This document shows, piece by piece, positions 12,130 to 23,568 of a DNA stretch of 64,000 bases. Under the pieces are notes generated by a model. The model was not told the DNA's origin. It was given only the letters and a program-made list of their open reading frames with translations, and did no database searches. The DNA is from Carcharhinus longimanus (lineage: Eukaryota). The DNA is taken from contig JASCQW010000132.1 in assembly GCA_030264375.1 (NCBI GenBank), forward strand, positions 122,422,472 to 122,486,471, written 5' to 3'. A program made the position numbers and the translations under genes. Each line of letters opens with the position of its first letter. Position 1 is the stretch's first letter.

Positions 12130-12785
12130 AGTGCAAACCTCAAGAAGAAAGGAGCATCCTGCTTCATCCACTAGGGCCTTGAGGCCTTGATCAGAGGAGT
12201 GTGGGTACCCAGGCTAGTCCTGTATCTCAGAGATGGGTCCAAGAAGCAGACCAGCTTGCCTCTCTGACCTGGGAGGTCATTGCAGAAAAGGTCAGCATGG
12301 TTGACAATCATACCTGAAACACCATCCAATGCAAGAAGAGGATGACTAATCTCATCTGCTCAGCCACAGTAAATCATCCTTCAACTCCCTCCAGTATTAA
12401 ATACTCATCATTGCATCATGTACTCAAACAGCTTCTCTTTGTGGGGATCTCCCACAACCATTAGCAGGGGCCACATATTGACACTCATTCTCTCAGGGAC
12501 ACTTTCACATCACCACCATCTCATTTAACATGTTGTTCATACTCTTCTGGCCCTTCTGGGGAGAGATCACCACGCACAGAGAACATGCATTTCACCCAAT
12601 CAATGCTCCACCCCTTTTCATTACGTGTCTTTCAGGGCAAGCTGACAGACAACAGAAAGAAAAGAGCACAGACTGGGGGAGGGATGGTCGAGATCATTGC
12701 TCTCACTGAGTTTGAGAAGGCTGCTATTGAACTGGCAGGTTAGGGATCATTCCTGTGGGGAAGGGGAGATTGGTTTGTCTGACCA
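12130..12785 (+). mobile_element. Harbinger transposon Myb/SANT-like (NAIF1-type) gene remnant with its intron
   Basis: Degenerate translation ..GLEALIRGV..VLY..WEVIAEKVS..IQCKKRMTNLI, donor near 12369, acceptor TTTCAG near 12635, then KLTDNRKKRAQTGGG; contains stops and a frameshift. Confidence 0.65.
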
Positions 12786-12888
12786 ACCAAGAATGGATCA
12801 CATCTCCAGCGGTTCATTACATCCTGATTGTTATAGTGAGTCACATGCAGTCTTATGTTGCTCAAACTTAAGAATTGAAGCTGACACA

Positions 12889-13170
12889 ATGGCACGGTGG
12901 TTAACACTGCTACCTCACAGCACCAGGGAACCGGGTTCAGTTCCCAGTTTGGATCATTGTGTAGAGTTTGCATGTTCTCACTATGTCCTTGTGGGTTTCC
13001 TCCGGGTGCTCCTGTTTCCTCCCATAGTCCGAAAGACGTGTTGGTTAGGTGCATTGGCCACGCTCAATTCTCCCTCAGTGTATTCGAACAGGCGCCAGAG
13101 TATGGTGATTAGGGGATTTTCACAGGAAGTTTGTTGCAATGTTAACGTAAGCCTGCTTGTGACACTAATA
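12889..13170 (+). mobile_element. V-SINE tail-B copy
   Basis: GGCACGGTGGTTAACACTG head, V-domain, GTAAGCCTGCTTGTGACACTAATA tail. Confidence 0.8.
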
Positions 13171-14139
13171 TATATGTCATGCTATGTCATAATTAAAGTT
13201 CTCCATTCTTGGCAACATGTAAACCTCTACCTTCCCTAGTGACCTCTAAGTATCTCCATTACCCAATCTCACCTCTATTTTAATGAAAGACTTACTGAAG
13301 GCTGGGGAACTCTATAGTGGAAGAATTAATTTCAAATTGTTGCAAATATTTTCAGAAAGAACTCTCATTTGAAAATTAGAATTACATGCTTGCTTCTCTA
13401 CATCCTTCCTGTGGTGTGGTGACTCGAACAGTATGCAATACTTGGAGCTGCATTCTTACTAATGTTTTATATAGCTCTGGCATAACCTCCCTTTTCCTCT
13501 GGGCTTCAACCAATTAAGGAAAATATCCTGTGTACTTTCCTGACCACTTTAGCTACCTACCCTGCTACCTTCAGTGATCTCTACACGTACATTCAAGGTC
13601 CCTTTATTCCTCTGTGATGTGGTCCAAATTTTCAAAATTGAGATGGATAGGAGTCAGTAAAATCCTTGGCTTGGCTTGTCCGCCTCGGGAGAAAGTGCCG
13701 ACAAAGATGGGATTTTTATTGTTGGGACAATGAGGCTGCAACTGGAGTACTGTGTGCAGTTTTGGTCCCCTTATTTGCGAAAGGATATANNNNNNNNNNN
13801 NNNNNNNNNNNNNNNNNNNNNNNNNNNNNNNNNNNNNNNNNNNNNNNNNNNNNNNNNNNNNNNNNNNNNNNNNNNNNNNNNNNNNNNNNATTGAATGGCG
13901 GGGCAGGCTCGAAGGGCTAGGTGGCCTACTCCTGCTCCTATTTCTTATGTTCTTATGTTCTTATGAGTGAGGCTGGAGTCAAGGCAGCTGACCTGGGAAT
14001 AAGGTTGGAGGCAACCCCAAGGGCCGCCGGCTGCTGAAGTGGCCTGCCTTTGCGCCGTGAAATTTGCCCAGTTAAAATAAAAACACAAAGGCTCGCTTGC
14101 TCTCATCCCTCCCAGAGTGTTTATGGAGGGATGGAGACA

Positions 14140-14775
14140 CTGTTACATGAATGGACAAAAACTTGGCAGATGGAATATAATGTAGGAAAGTGTGAGGTTA
14201 TGCAATTTGATGGGACAAATAAAGGAACTGAATATTATTTAAGTGAAGAAAGACTGCAGAAATCTGCAGCACAGAGGAATCTGGGGGTCCTTATGCATAA
14301 AAAGCCAGCATGTTTGTTCAGCAGGTGATAGGGAAGGCAAATGGAACATTGATCTGTATTTCAAAGTGGATGGAGTACAGAATCCCCACAGTATAAGGAG
14401 GCCATATGGCCCATCGAGTCTGCACCAACCACAATCCCATCCACGCCTGATTCCCATAAACCCCAATAGTTACCCTGCTAATTCCCCTGACAGTTAAGGA
14501 GAAATTTAGCATGGCCAATCAACCAAACTCTCACATCTTTGGACTGTGGGAGAAAACTGGAGCACCTGGAGGAAATCCATGCAGACATGGGGAGAATGTG
14601 CAAATTCCACACAGACAGTGACATTGACCTGTGGCCAGAATTGAACATGGGTTCCTGGCACTGTGAAGCAGCAGTGCTAACCACTGTGCTACTGTGCTGC
14701 CCCTTGCTAGCCTTACTAAGATTATACAAGGCGCTAGTTAGACCACACCAGGAATACAGTGAACAGTTTTGGTCA
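14140..14775 (+). mobile_element. CR1 LINE RT 3' fragment interrupted by a minus-strand HE1 SINE (about 14380-14700)
   Basis: EWTKTWQMEYNVGKCEVM...LRLYKALVRPHQEYSEQFW typical of the CR1 ORF2 C-terminus. Confidence 0.75.
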
Positions 14776-14852
14776 GCCAGTACTTGGTGCATTTTGTTTT
14801 TAGCAAATTGTGGCATTGTGCCCTTCATGGAAGTCTTTAACCTGTTTTACTT

Positions 14853-15270
14853 AGTTCCGAGTGAATAGTTGCAGGTAATGAAGTTAAGAGAAAAGTAACA
14901 GGTCCATTTCATTGATACGCAATATCTCATTAAAAACGAAAATCTTCCATTCTTCCTGTTGAGCTGGCAATTTTCTTTATTCCCCCAGGAGCCACTTGTT
15001 ACTTGCGTGACCAGATTATGACTGATAAACAAACCAGCACTTTTTTACTTGCAGAAGAGTAAGTATTCTTTCTGCTTGCAACAACATTTCGAATCGGTCA
15101 CAATTTTGCAGTACATCCAGAACCGGGTAAGCAGGTTAATTTTTGTTCAGCATTATCAATGCCTGCTAAACAATCATTATGTCTGTATCGTTTGTTAAAT
15201 TTATTATGTTTAATCTCTTCTCAAAATTCTGGCTGGTCCTCTAACAAAATAAAGCCAGTGGCTCTATAAA
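14853..15270 (+). promoter_or_regulatory. Candidate promoter + non-coding first exon, copy 2 (donor at 15127)
   Basis: Colinear with 11255-11675 (AACAGGTC, TCTCATTAAAAA, CTGATAA, TCTGCTTGCAACAA, G|GTAAGC, AAAATAAAG.CAGTG). Confidence 0.5.
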
Positions 15271-15964
15271 GTCATCTGGTCAATAAAGGACTTGTTAGTG
15301 TTAATGCATAAAATATAATAGTCAAACATATTATGTGCAAAACAATGCGTATTGAAGTTTTTGCAGCCTGAGTAAAACTAATCCCCCAAATAAATTTTAG
15401 CTTAATTATCACAGCACTCTTTTTCTCCTATACAAGGACCATTAGGGAATAGCTGCAATCCTAGCTTTCAGCATGATCTCTAGCAGAATGTTGAAGGCTA
15501 AATAGTGCCATTTTTGTGTAAATACCTACTATTGTCTTAGGCAGTGTAGCAATCAGCCTTCAGATCAATCATTTAGATTACTCAACAGCTCTTGATATTT
15601 CATCTGTATTCTTACCAGTGCCTGAATTCTACTTTACCCACCTAGATCTCAACCAAGGACTAATTTGGATACACGCTCAAAATTCCACATGGTCCTCACC
15701 GATGAGTCCTGCAAATTTAAGTTGCTCCCATCTTGCACTTGCAAAATGTAAAGTTAAAGGGATCTCAGAAGAGCAATAGCTGAGCTTTATTTTTGTCCTA
15801 AAATATCTCTGTGATCTCCTCCAGCTTCATCACCTCTCCTAGACCGTCTTCCTCTGACTTCTTGTACACTGCAACTGCTTGTGCCATGTGGAGACCGTGT
15901 CTCCAATCGCCTATGTTCTAATCTCTGGAACGTCCTTAGCTTTCTCACCTCCTTTCCCTCTTCG

Positions 15965-16262
15965 GGGCAGTACGGTGAAACTGCTGCCTAACAGTGCCAA
16001 GGGACCCAAGTCCAATTCCCGGCTTGGGTCACTGTCTGTGTGAACTTTGTACTTTCTGCCTGTTTCCTCCGTGGGGATTCCTCCGAGTGCTCCAGTTTTC
16101 TCCCGCAGTCTAAAAGATGAGCTGGCTAGGTGCATTGGCCGTGCTAAATTGTCCCTCAGTGTACTCAAACAGGTGACAGAGTATGGCGACTAGGGGACTT
16201 CACAGGAACTTCATTGCAGTGTTAATGTAAGTCTACTTGTAACACTAATAAATAATCTTTAA
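15965..16262 (+). mobile_element. V-SINE tail-B copy
   Basis: Head remnant, V-domain, ACTTCATTGCAGTGTTAATGTAAG...AATAAATAATCTTT. Confidence 0.75.
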
Positions 16263-16729
16263 AATGTTCTCTTCACCTTTTTGCTGACTGAGTGATCATT
16301 TCTCACAATCCCTCCCTCACTGACTCACTGTCCATTTCCTACCATGACTTTGTGATACTTTTTATATGTTAGTTGATATAAATCCAAGCTGTTACTGCAT
16401 GTGTTGTATGTGGGAGTGCAGTAGGACAGCCGCAAAATGGACCAGGAGTTGGATATATTGGGTCTCAGCTTCATTCAGAGAACTCCCAAGCCACCTCTGC
16501 TCCTCCTTTACAATGTCCCTGATGTGAAAAGATTGTGGACTGTTTATGGGAGTTTCCACTTTCCTGGCTTGCAGGAAATCACTCTACATGTCTTGTGAGG
16601 TAAAATGCACAAACAATCACTTAAATCAGGGAAGCAGCCTGGATCCCTAAAGGTAAATGAAAGGTTAAATTGTATATTTGGAGAGAGAAGTGAAATCAAG
16701 AGGTGAAAAGGCAAGATGTGAGTCATTCA

Positions 16730-17430
16730 TATGAATATACGAACAAGGAACAGGAGTAGGCCATTCAGCCCCTCAAACTCGCTCTGTCATTTAATAAGAT
16801 AATATCTTGATCTAATAGTAACCTCAAATCTGCATTTTGCCTACACCCAATAACTGATTACCCCCTTGCTTACTGAGAATCCACCCACCTCTGTTTTCAA
16901 AATATTCAAAGTTCCTGCTTCCATAACCTTTTCAGAAAAGGTCAAGAAGGATGAACAGTCAAATGTCGTGGTCCATATTGGTACCAATAACATAGGTAAA
17001 AAGAGGGGTGAGATGTTGCAAGCAAGATTCAGGAAGCTAGAAACTAAATTACAAAGCACGACCTGAAAGTGATCTAGGGGGGGATTGAAACCTGAGCAGG
17101 GAGACACAAAAAAGGGAAACAAAGATAGAAATGAAAGATAGAAAAGTAAAAAGCAAAAGTCGAAGGTGGAGGAAACAAGGCCAACAGCAAACATGGCCAC
17201 AGTACAAAGTAAGACGTGTAAAATTGTTAAAAAGACAAATTTAAGGATACTGTATTTGAATGCACAGAAAATTCGCAATAAAGGTAGACAAGTTACAAGT
17301 TAACTAGTTAGTTAAAGTAATTAGTTGCAAATGGGTACAATATATTGTGATTATGGAGACATGGCTGCAGGGTGACCAAGGCTGGGAGCTAAATATCCAA
17401 GGATATTCAACATTTAGGAAGGACCAGCAT
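16730..17430. mobile_element. CR1 fragments (minus-strand 3' end, then + strand ORF1 esterase and ORF2 endonuclease start)
   Basis: VVVHIGTNNI (SGNH esterase-like ORF1); LRILYLNAQKIRNK and IMETWLQ (APE endonuclease start). Confidence 0.7.
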
Positions 17431-17664
17431 ATTCTTGATTAACAAGGGAGTGAAATGTTATTAGGCTACCAATAACTGGTTATAATCAGATCAGCCATGA
17501 TCTTAGTGAATAGTGGAACAGGCTTGAGATATTGAATGGCTTACTCCCGCTACAGGAGCAGTTCAGAGATTAGGATTTCTGTGGCAAGTAACTCACATAC
17601 TGATTCTCCAGAGATTGTCTATGAAGCACAAGTCAAGCATGTGATGGAATATTTTCCACCAAAG

Positions 17665-18447
17665 TTCAACTGGAGTGCTGTTAACAGTTTGGTTGATGTC
17701 AAAGCAGACCTATAGCAGCTTCTAGATAAATACAAGAGTCTACCTGAAGAGGCACTGGGCTCAATGAAGTGAGATTAAGTGAAACAGAAAACCTTATCGT
17801 CAACCAAAAAGTATCAGAGCAAGAGTGGTGCCAAATGCAATTTGTCCCAAGGTCGAAGGAGCATTAGTACGGCCTGTTAACAACACTGGTATGTTAGAGC
17901 CAGTTGCAATGAGTGACTGGGCTATCCCTATTGTACATGTTGTGAAACCAGATGGTTCAGGTCATATTTGTGTTGATTTTAAAACAACTGTTCATCCAGT
18001 GCTGTGGGCTGATCATAATCCACTTCCTTTAATTAAAGATTTGTTTGCTGGGTTGCCAGGTGGACAGAAATTCAGCAAGATTAATCTTCCATGAATATAT
18101 TTACAGATAAACATAGCCACTGAAACTCAACCAATGCTTACCATCGCTACTCGCAAAGGTCTTTTTTCATCCGCACAAGTCCTATTCTAAAGGTTGATAG
18201 CTCAGATTTCAAATGATTTCTCTGATGTACAATGCTACCTGGATGAAATTCTAATTACAGGGTTCAGTGAACAAGAGTATTCAATAATTTAGAAGCACCA
18301 AAGGAACATCTTCAAGAACATGGCTTGTGTATCAAAAAAGAAAAGTGTGACTTTTTCCAGATGTCGATCCAGTATTTGGGTCACATTATTGAGAGTAAAG
18401 ATCTAGACAAAACACCTAAAAAGGTGGATGCTATTTTGGAAGCACAA
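17665..18447 (+). mobile_element. Gypsy/Ty3 pol (RT) remnant
   Basis: SDWAIPIVHVVKPDGSGHICVDFK..PLPLIKDLFAGLPGGQKFSKINL and QCYLDEILITG (YLDD-like) with stops/frameshifts. Confidence 0.85.
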
Positions 18448-19045
18448 GAATAGAATCCCTACAGTACATAAAGAGGCCATTTGGCCCATCAAATCTGCAC
18501 CGACCACAATCCCACCCAGGCCCTACACCGATATCCCTACATATTTACCCACTAATCCCTCTAACCTACGCATCTCAAGACACTAAGGGGCAATTTTAGC
18601 ATGGCCAATCAACCTACCCTGCACATCTTTGGATTCTTAGCCCTCTTAGTCCAAAGATGTGCAGGTTAGGTTGATTGTCTTGCTAAAAGAAAATGCTCTT
18701 AGTGTTCTGAGGTTAGAGTCCTNNNNNNNNNNNNNNNNNNNNNNNNNNNNNNNNNNNNNNNNNNNNNNNNNNNNNNNNNNNNNNNNNNNNNNNNNNNNNN
18801 NNNNNNNNNNNNNNNNNNNNNNTTGGATTCTTAGCCCTCTTAGTCCAAAGATGTGCAGGTTAGGTTGATTGGCTTGCTAAAAGAAAATGCTCTTAGTGTT
18901 CTGAGGTTAGAGTCCTGTAGATTAGAGGGATTAGTGGGTAAATATGTAGAGATATGAGGGTAGGGCCTGGGTGGGATTGTGGTCGGTGCAGACTTGATGG
19001 GCCAAATGGCCTGTTTTTGTACTGTAGGGTTTCTATGATTTCTAT
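18448..19045. mobile_element. Inverted pair of HE1 SINE 3' halves around a gap
   Basis: Minus copy 18448-18635 and plus copy about 18650-19045; the sequence flanking the gap is duplicated. Confidence 0.7.
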
Positions 19046-19059
19046 GAAAATACTGTATG

Positions 19060-21470
19060 AGATGTTAATTAAACATCTTTCAATCATCAGCAAGTGGCAC
19101 TTGTTAAGTGATAACCTATTCACTGAAGCTCACTTTGGGTTCTGCCAGAGCCACACAGCTCCTGACCTCATTACAGTCTTGGTCCAAACACGGTCAAAAG
19201 AGCTGAAAAGCGACGAGGCAAGAGTGATTGCCCTGGATGTCAAAACTGCATTTGACCGAGTATGGCATCAAGGAGCCCTGGCAACACTGGAGTCAATGGG
19301 AATCAGAGGAAAATCTCTCCACTGGTTAAAATCATACCTCGCACAAAGAAAGTGTTACAACCAAATGAAGAGAAGTTAACTCACACAACTCTATCCTGCC
19401 TCCTTGATTAACCACAATCAGGGGTGGATTTACAATGAATCACATCTAGGCACAGGGCTCCGACCAATGGGAAAGCTAAGGGCCGGCTAGTGTGTTTTGG
19501 CACCAATCAGAGCCTGATAACTCTGCATTTGCTCATTGCCTACCATCAGGCAATGCAGAGCGATATCAGATTCTGGGTTGAGCCCCCTTAGAACAGGAAA
19601 ACAGACTGGTCTGAACATTGATGAACAAGAGGCAACTAGGTGAGGAGGGAGAGAGGTAGAAGGTCCTGGGTTTTACTTTTGTGAAATGAAGCACATCCAG
19701 CAGGTTTCTCAACCTAGGGCTGAGGGCAGGCCAGCCAGCAACATTGAGGCAAGGCACGAGGTGCTGGGCAAAACCCACAAGCCAAGGTGAGTCAGCCAAT
19801 CATCAGCCATTGAGCAGTGAAGGCAGCAGGCGAGGTGGTGACTCAACCCAGCTAGAGCAGAGGGCAGGCCATTCATTAACAGGGAAGTGTAAGGCAGCAA
19901 ATCAAGCCTTACCAGAATGAGGAGATGTCGCGCGAGGCAAGAGGCTGCCATGAAAACCCCAGGCGAATGATGTTAATGAGATTGTGAGAATGGGAGAGCG
20001 TGAGGGATGGGGGTTGGGAAGCAAAAGTGTGAGTATGTTGGTGGGAGGGATTCCCTCCATAAGGTTAGATGAGGGAATACTTGCTGATCATTGTACAATG
20101 CTCAAAACCATTCGTGACGCCTTAGATACTAAAGAGGCCTGTGTCCATAAGCAACAAGACCGTGGCATTCAAATCATAAAGATGCCAGACAAAGACCACC
20201 CCCAAGAAGAGAATCTAGCCATCTCTCCTTGATGTTCAGCAGCATCACCATTACTGAATTCCCCAATCTCAACATTCTGGGACTTACCATTGAGCAGGAC
20301 ATAACTGGTTCCTGCTGTATAACTAGTGTCACCACAAGAGCAGGTCAGAGATTAGGATTTATGTGAAAAGTAACTGACCCCCACTCCCGCCAAAGACTGT
20401 CTACAGAGCATAAATCAGGAATATNNNNNNNNNNNNNNNNNNNNNNNNNNNNNNNNNNNNNNNNNNNNNNNNNNNNNNNNNNNNNNNNNNNNNNNCGTGA
20501 TGCACTGCATCTTGTAGACGGTGCACATTGCTGCTACTGTATACAACACCAGTATACAGTAGCAGCAATGTGCACCATCTACAAGATGCAGTGCATCACG
20601 CAACTCAGGAAGCCTCCTTTGAGAATACCTTCAAAACCTGCCAACTCCAACAACTAGACGGGCGGTATAGAATCATTGAATACCTTTAAGGTAGGTAGAT
20701 TTTTGACCACCAAGGGAGTCAAAGTTTACCGGATGTCGGTGAGAATGTTGAAGCATCAATCAGGTCAGCCATTATCTTATTGAATGGCAGGGCAGATTTG
20801 AGGGGCTTTTTTTCTCTATTCATTCTTGAGATCTGGGTGTCACTGGCTGGATCTAACTGTCTTCCACCGAATGAATTTCAGAAGCCATCTTTATTTTAAA
20901 GAGTCAACTACATTGCTGTGGATCTGGAGTCCCATGTAGGCCCGACCAGATAAAGGTGGCAGGTTATCTTCCCTAAAGGACATTATTGAACCAGTTGGGG
21001 CTTTACAATAGTTTTTTCATGATCATCATTAGACTTTTAATTTCAGATTTTCATTGAATTCAAATTTCACCATGGTGGGATTTGAACCCAGCTCCCCAGA
21101 GCATTACCCCTGGGTCTCTGGATTACTAGTCCAGCAACATTATGCCACCACGTCCCCTGAATGGCCTACTCATGCTCTGAATTCATATGTTTGCCTATTC
21201 ACCCAGATGCTGGAAACATCACCACATGCAAAGTCCCCTCTAAGCCACATACCATCCTGACTTGGAAATATATCACCATTCCTTCATTGGCACTGCGTCA
21301 AAATCCTGGAACTCCCTCCCTAACAGCACTGTGGGTGTACTTACACCGCATGAATTGCAGCTGTCCGAGGTAGCTCACCACCACCTTCTCAAGGACAGTT
21401 AGGGATAGGCAATAAATGTTGGTCAAGCCAGTGATGCCTATGTCCCAAGAAAGAATAAATTAACAAAAAA
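19060..21470 (+). mobile_element. Fragmented second CR1/L2-group LINE family (RT and 3' end) with insertions
   Basis: HFGFCQSHTAPDLITVLVQ..VIALDVKTAFDRVWHQG (RT); 3' end GGCAATAAATGTTGGTCAAGCCAGTGATGCC..AAGAATAAA near 21410-21460. Confidence 0.7.
20815..21160 (-). mobile_element. tRNA-derived SINE (family C)
   Basis: Minus-strand B box GGTTCAAATCC; body CCTTTAGGGAAG..CTACATGGGACTCCAGA; related to 44580-44830 and 38450-39003. Confidence 0.65.
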
Positions 21471-21732
21471 AAAGCCTTACTTCTATAGCAGGCCTGCCTT
21501 AGGTCATGGGAAAACCCAGTGCTGGAAGTGCAAATGTATCCAATTGCAGATATTTTTCACTGTGTCTGGTCCACCTGAAGGCAACAGCGGTGAGGTGGAA
21601 GTTTCCATTCAAAATGGACTGATATTTTCTGTTCATATGAAATCTGTACTGCAGCATGCTGTGTGGTGTATTCGCTAGCCCTTTAAAGTCTATTGTGGAT
21701 ACTGTTTCTATTTTGTAGGGTTGGCAACCCCA

Positions 21733-22734
21733 ATGAAAATGGACACAAATCCTCTGGTTTCTACTGCGGCAAAGGATGGAAACTCGAGCGCAAACTGCAC
21801 CATTCTGAGGAAATACCTAGTCCCACTCATTGCTTTAGATACCTGCCCGCTGATTGACAGAAAGTTGTCGATAATCCTCTCAATCCTCTCTTACATCTTC
21901 AGCCCAGCCGGAATCTTCATTGGCCTATTCCAAGTCATTTATATGTTCAGGAGAACAAAAGCCTGGACCATTATCCAAACGTTAAAGCTAAATTTGATAT
22001 TGGTAAGCCTAATCTCACTACTAGCTTACTTACCATGGACAATGTACGTCAACACTCAGTACAACTGGCAACTAGGAAAAATAATGTGCATTTGTACCAA
22101 CTTTGCCTATTACTTAGCAGAAACCGCAGAGCTTCTGTTCATCTGTGCTCTAAGCATGTTTACATATAACGCTGCTGTACGATCAATGACCCCCGTAAAT
22201 CTTCAAACAAAAAGGTCAACAGTGTTTTTAACAATACTGATATGGCTCCTGGCCATCGCAGTGGCTTTTATCGGTGTTTCAAACATATTGTACCTTATCG
22301 GGGATGACCAGTTTTACTGCGGTGCAATTGTCATCTCCAACATGACCTCCCTTTCTGGCTTGGGCTCATTGGTGCACTTATGCATTCTGCAGTTCCTGAT
22401 ACCATTACTGATCGTGATTCCATGTCATGTTAAGATAGTCGCGATGCTGTTTCTGTCTAACAAGAGGAATTCAACAGGAAAAACGAACAACTGCCTTAAA
22501 CCACAAGCAGCCGAGATAACTTCCTTCCTCCTCTTCTGGGTGTTTGGTCAATTATTACTCATAGTTTTCTTCATCATCTACCGGACAACAGTCAATTGCA
22601 GAAATGTGTGCTTTTGGGCAAAGCTGATCAATAATATCAATGAGGTGGCCCTGTTCCTGTCTGCCTTGAATGTCTGTCTCTGTCCACTGACCTATAAGTT
22701 ATATATTCGGGTTTTTCAATGCTGCTCTCCCTGA
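21733..22734 (+). CDS. Class A (rhodopsin-like) 7TM GPCR, chemokine-receptor-like scaffold with degenerate signalling motifs (atypical chemokine receptor / ACKR1-like candidate), 333 aa
   Basis: Intact ORF with seven hydrophobic segments; N-terminal sequons NSS/NCT; WQLG..C (ECL1-TM3), W4.50, ECL2 Cys, FLIP (P5.50), CPLTY; splice acceptor TTTTGTAG| at 21718 just upstream; ATGs at 21733 and 21739 (aaaATGg). Confidence 0.92.
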   Translation: MKMDTNPLVSTAAKDGNSSANCTILRKYLVPLIALDTCPLIDRKLSIILSILSYIFSPAGIFIGLFQVIYMFRRTKAWTIIQTLKLNLILVSLISLLAYLPWTMYVNTQYNWQLGKIMCICTNFAYYLAETAELLFICALSMFTYNAAVRSMTPVNLQTKRSTVFLTILIWLLAIAVAFIGVSNILYLIGDDQFYCGAIVISNMTSLSGLGSLVHLCILQFLIPLLIVIPCHVKIVAMLFLSNKRNSTGKTNNCLKPQAAEITSFLLFWVFGQLLLIVFFIIYRTTVNCRNVCFWAKLINNINEVALFLSALNVCLCPLTYKLYIRVFQCCSP

Positions 22735-23568
22735 GGTTGCAAGAACAATATAAACGGCTTGTGTTTGCTTGTGCTAGATTCTATGGAAAGACCTTCACCT
22801 ATTAATGCTGTTTCAGATATTTCTGCCAGTTTATAAAGCCTTCATTGTTTAAGGCACCAATTAAAAATGATGAGATTTGACCAGCCCTTTCAGAGTTAGA
22901 GGACATCAGCTGACTCTGTGGTTTGGCACCCAGATTGAGCTGTACTGAGGGAGTTGCTGGCAGAACAATCAAAAGAGACAGTTTCTATTGCTCATGTGCA
23001 CCATTCACCTGCTTTGACATAATGGTGACATCAGTTGACAAATATCCTACTAATCCAATATAACCTTTCAAATGGATAAATCCAGACCAGAATGCCATGG
23101 AATCCTAATGTGCCATCTTTTTAAACTGAAGAGAAAATGTCACTGTCAGGACAAGTCTTTCATGACAGCAGATCAAGAAGGTGGGTTAAGAAAATGCGAA
23201 GGTCACAGTTTGAGGGAAAGCAGCTTGGGTAACTATTTCCCTTATCTCCACATCTTTGGAAATCAAGGTTGGAAACTTTCCAAGATTGCCCTAGAATCTC
23301 CAACAAGTGAATGTTCATCAGCCAGGCACTGCTGCAATCAAAAACTGTCCATCAAAAATATATCTTCTTATTTTCTTTAAACAGTGTTTAATTCATTCAT
23401 TATGAACAAAACTTTGGACATGGGAGGACATGTAATGGAATATCCAGGAATACATTCAGGGAGATCTGATAACTATTCTTGGGGACAGCAGAAATCCTCT
23501 TCCTTCATGACCATTTGGATTGTGGTGTAGAAGAAAACATTCGTTTAGTTAAATTGAAAAATAAATAT

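Noticed and set aside
17825-18094. RT-like ORF as a domesticated gene
   Set aside because: Flanked by stops and frameshifts; decayed Gypsy pol
18629-18915. Direct repeat flanking a gap (likewise 30303-30505 and around 38215-38352)
   Set aside because: Near-identical sequence on both sides of 100-N gaps indicates unmerged contig overlap, not a real duplication
21721-21732. TTG start given in the ORF track for the GPCR
   Set aside because: It lies just after a splice acceptor in a eukaryote; ATG 21733/21739 is the plausible start
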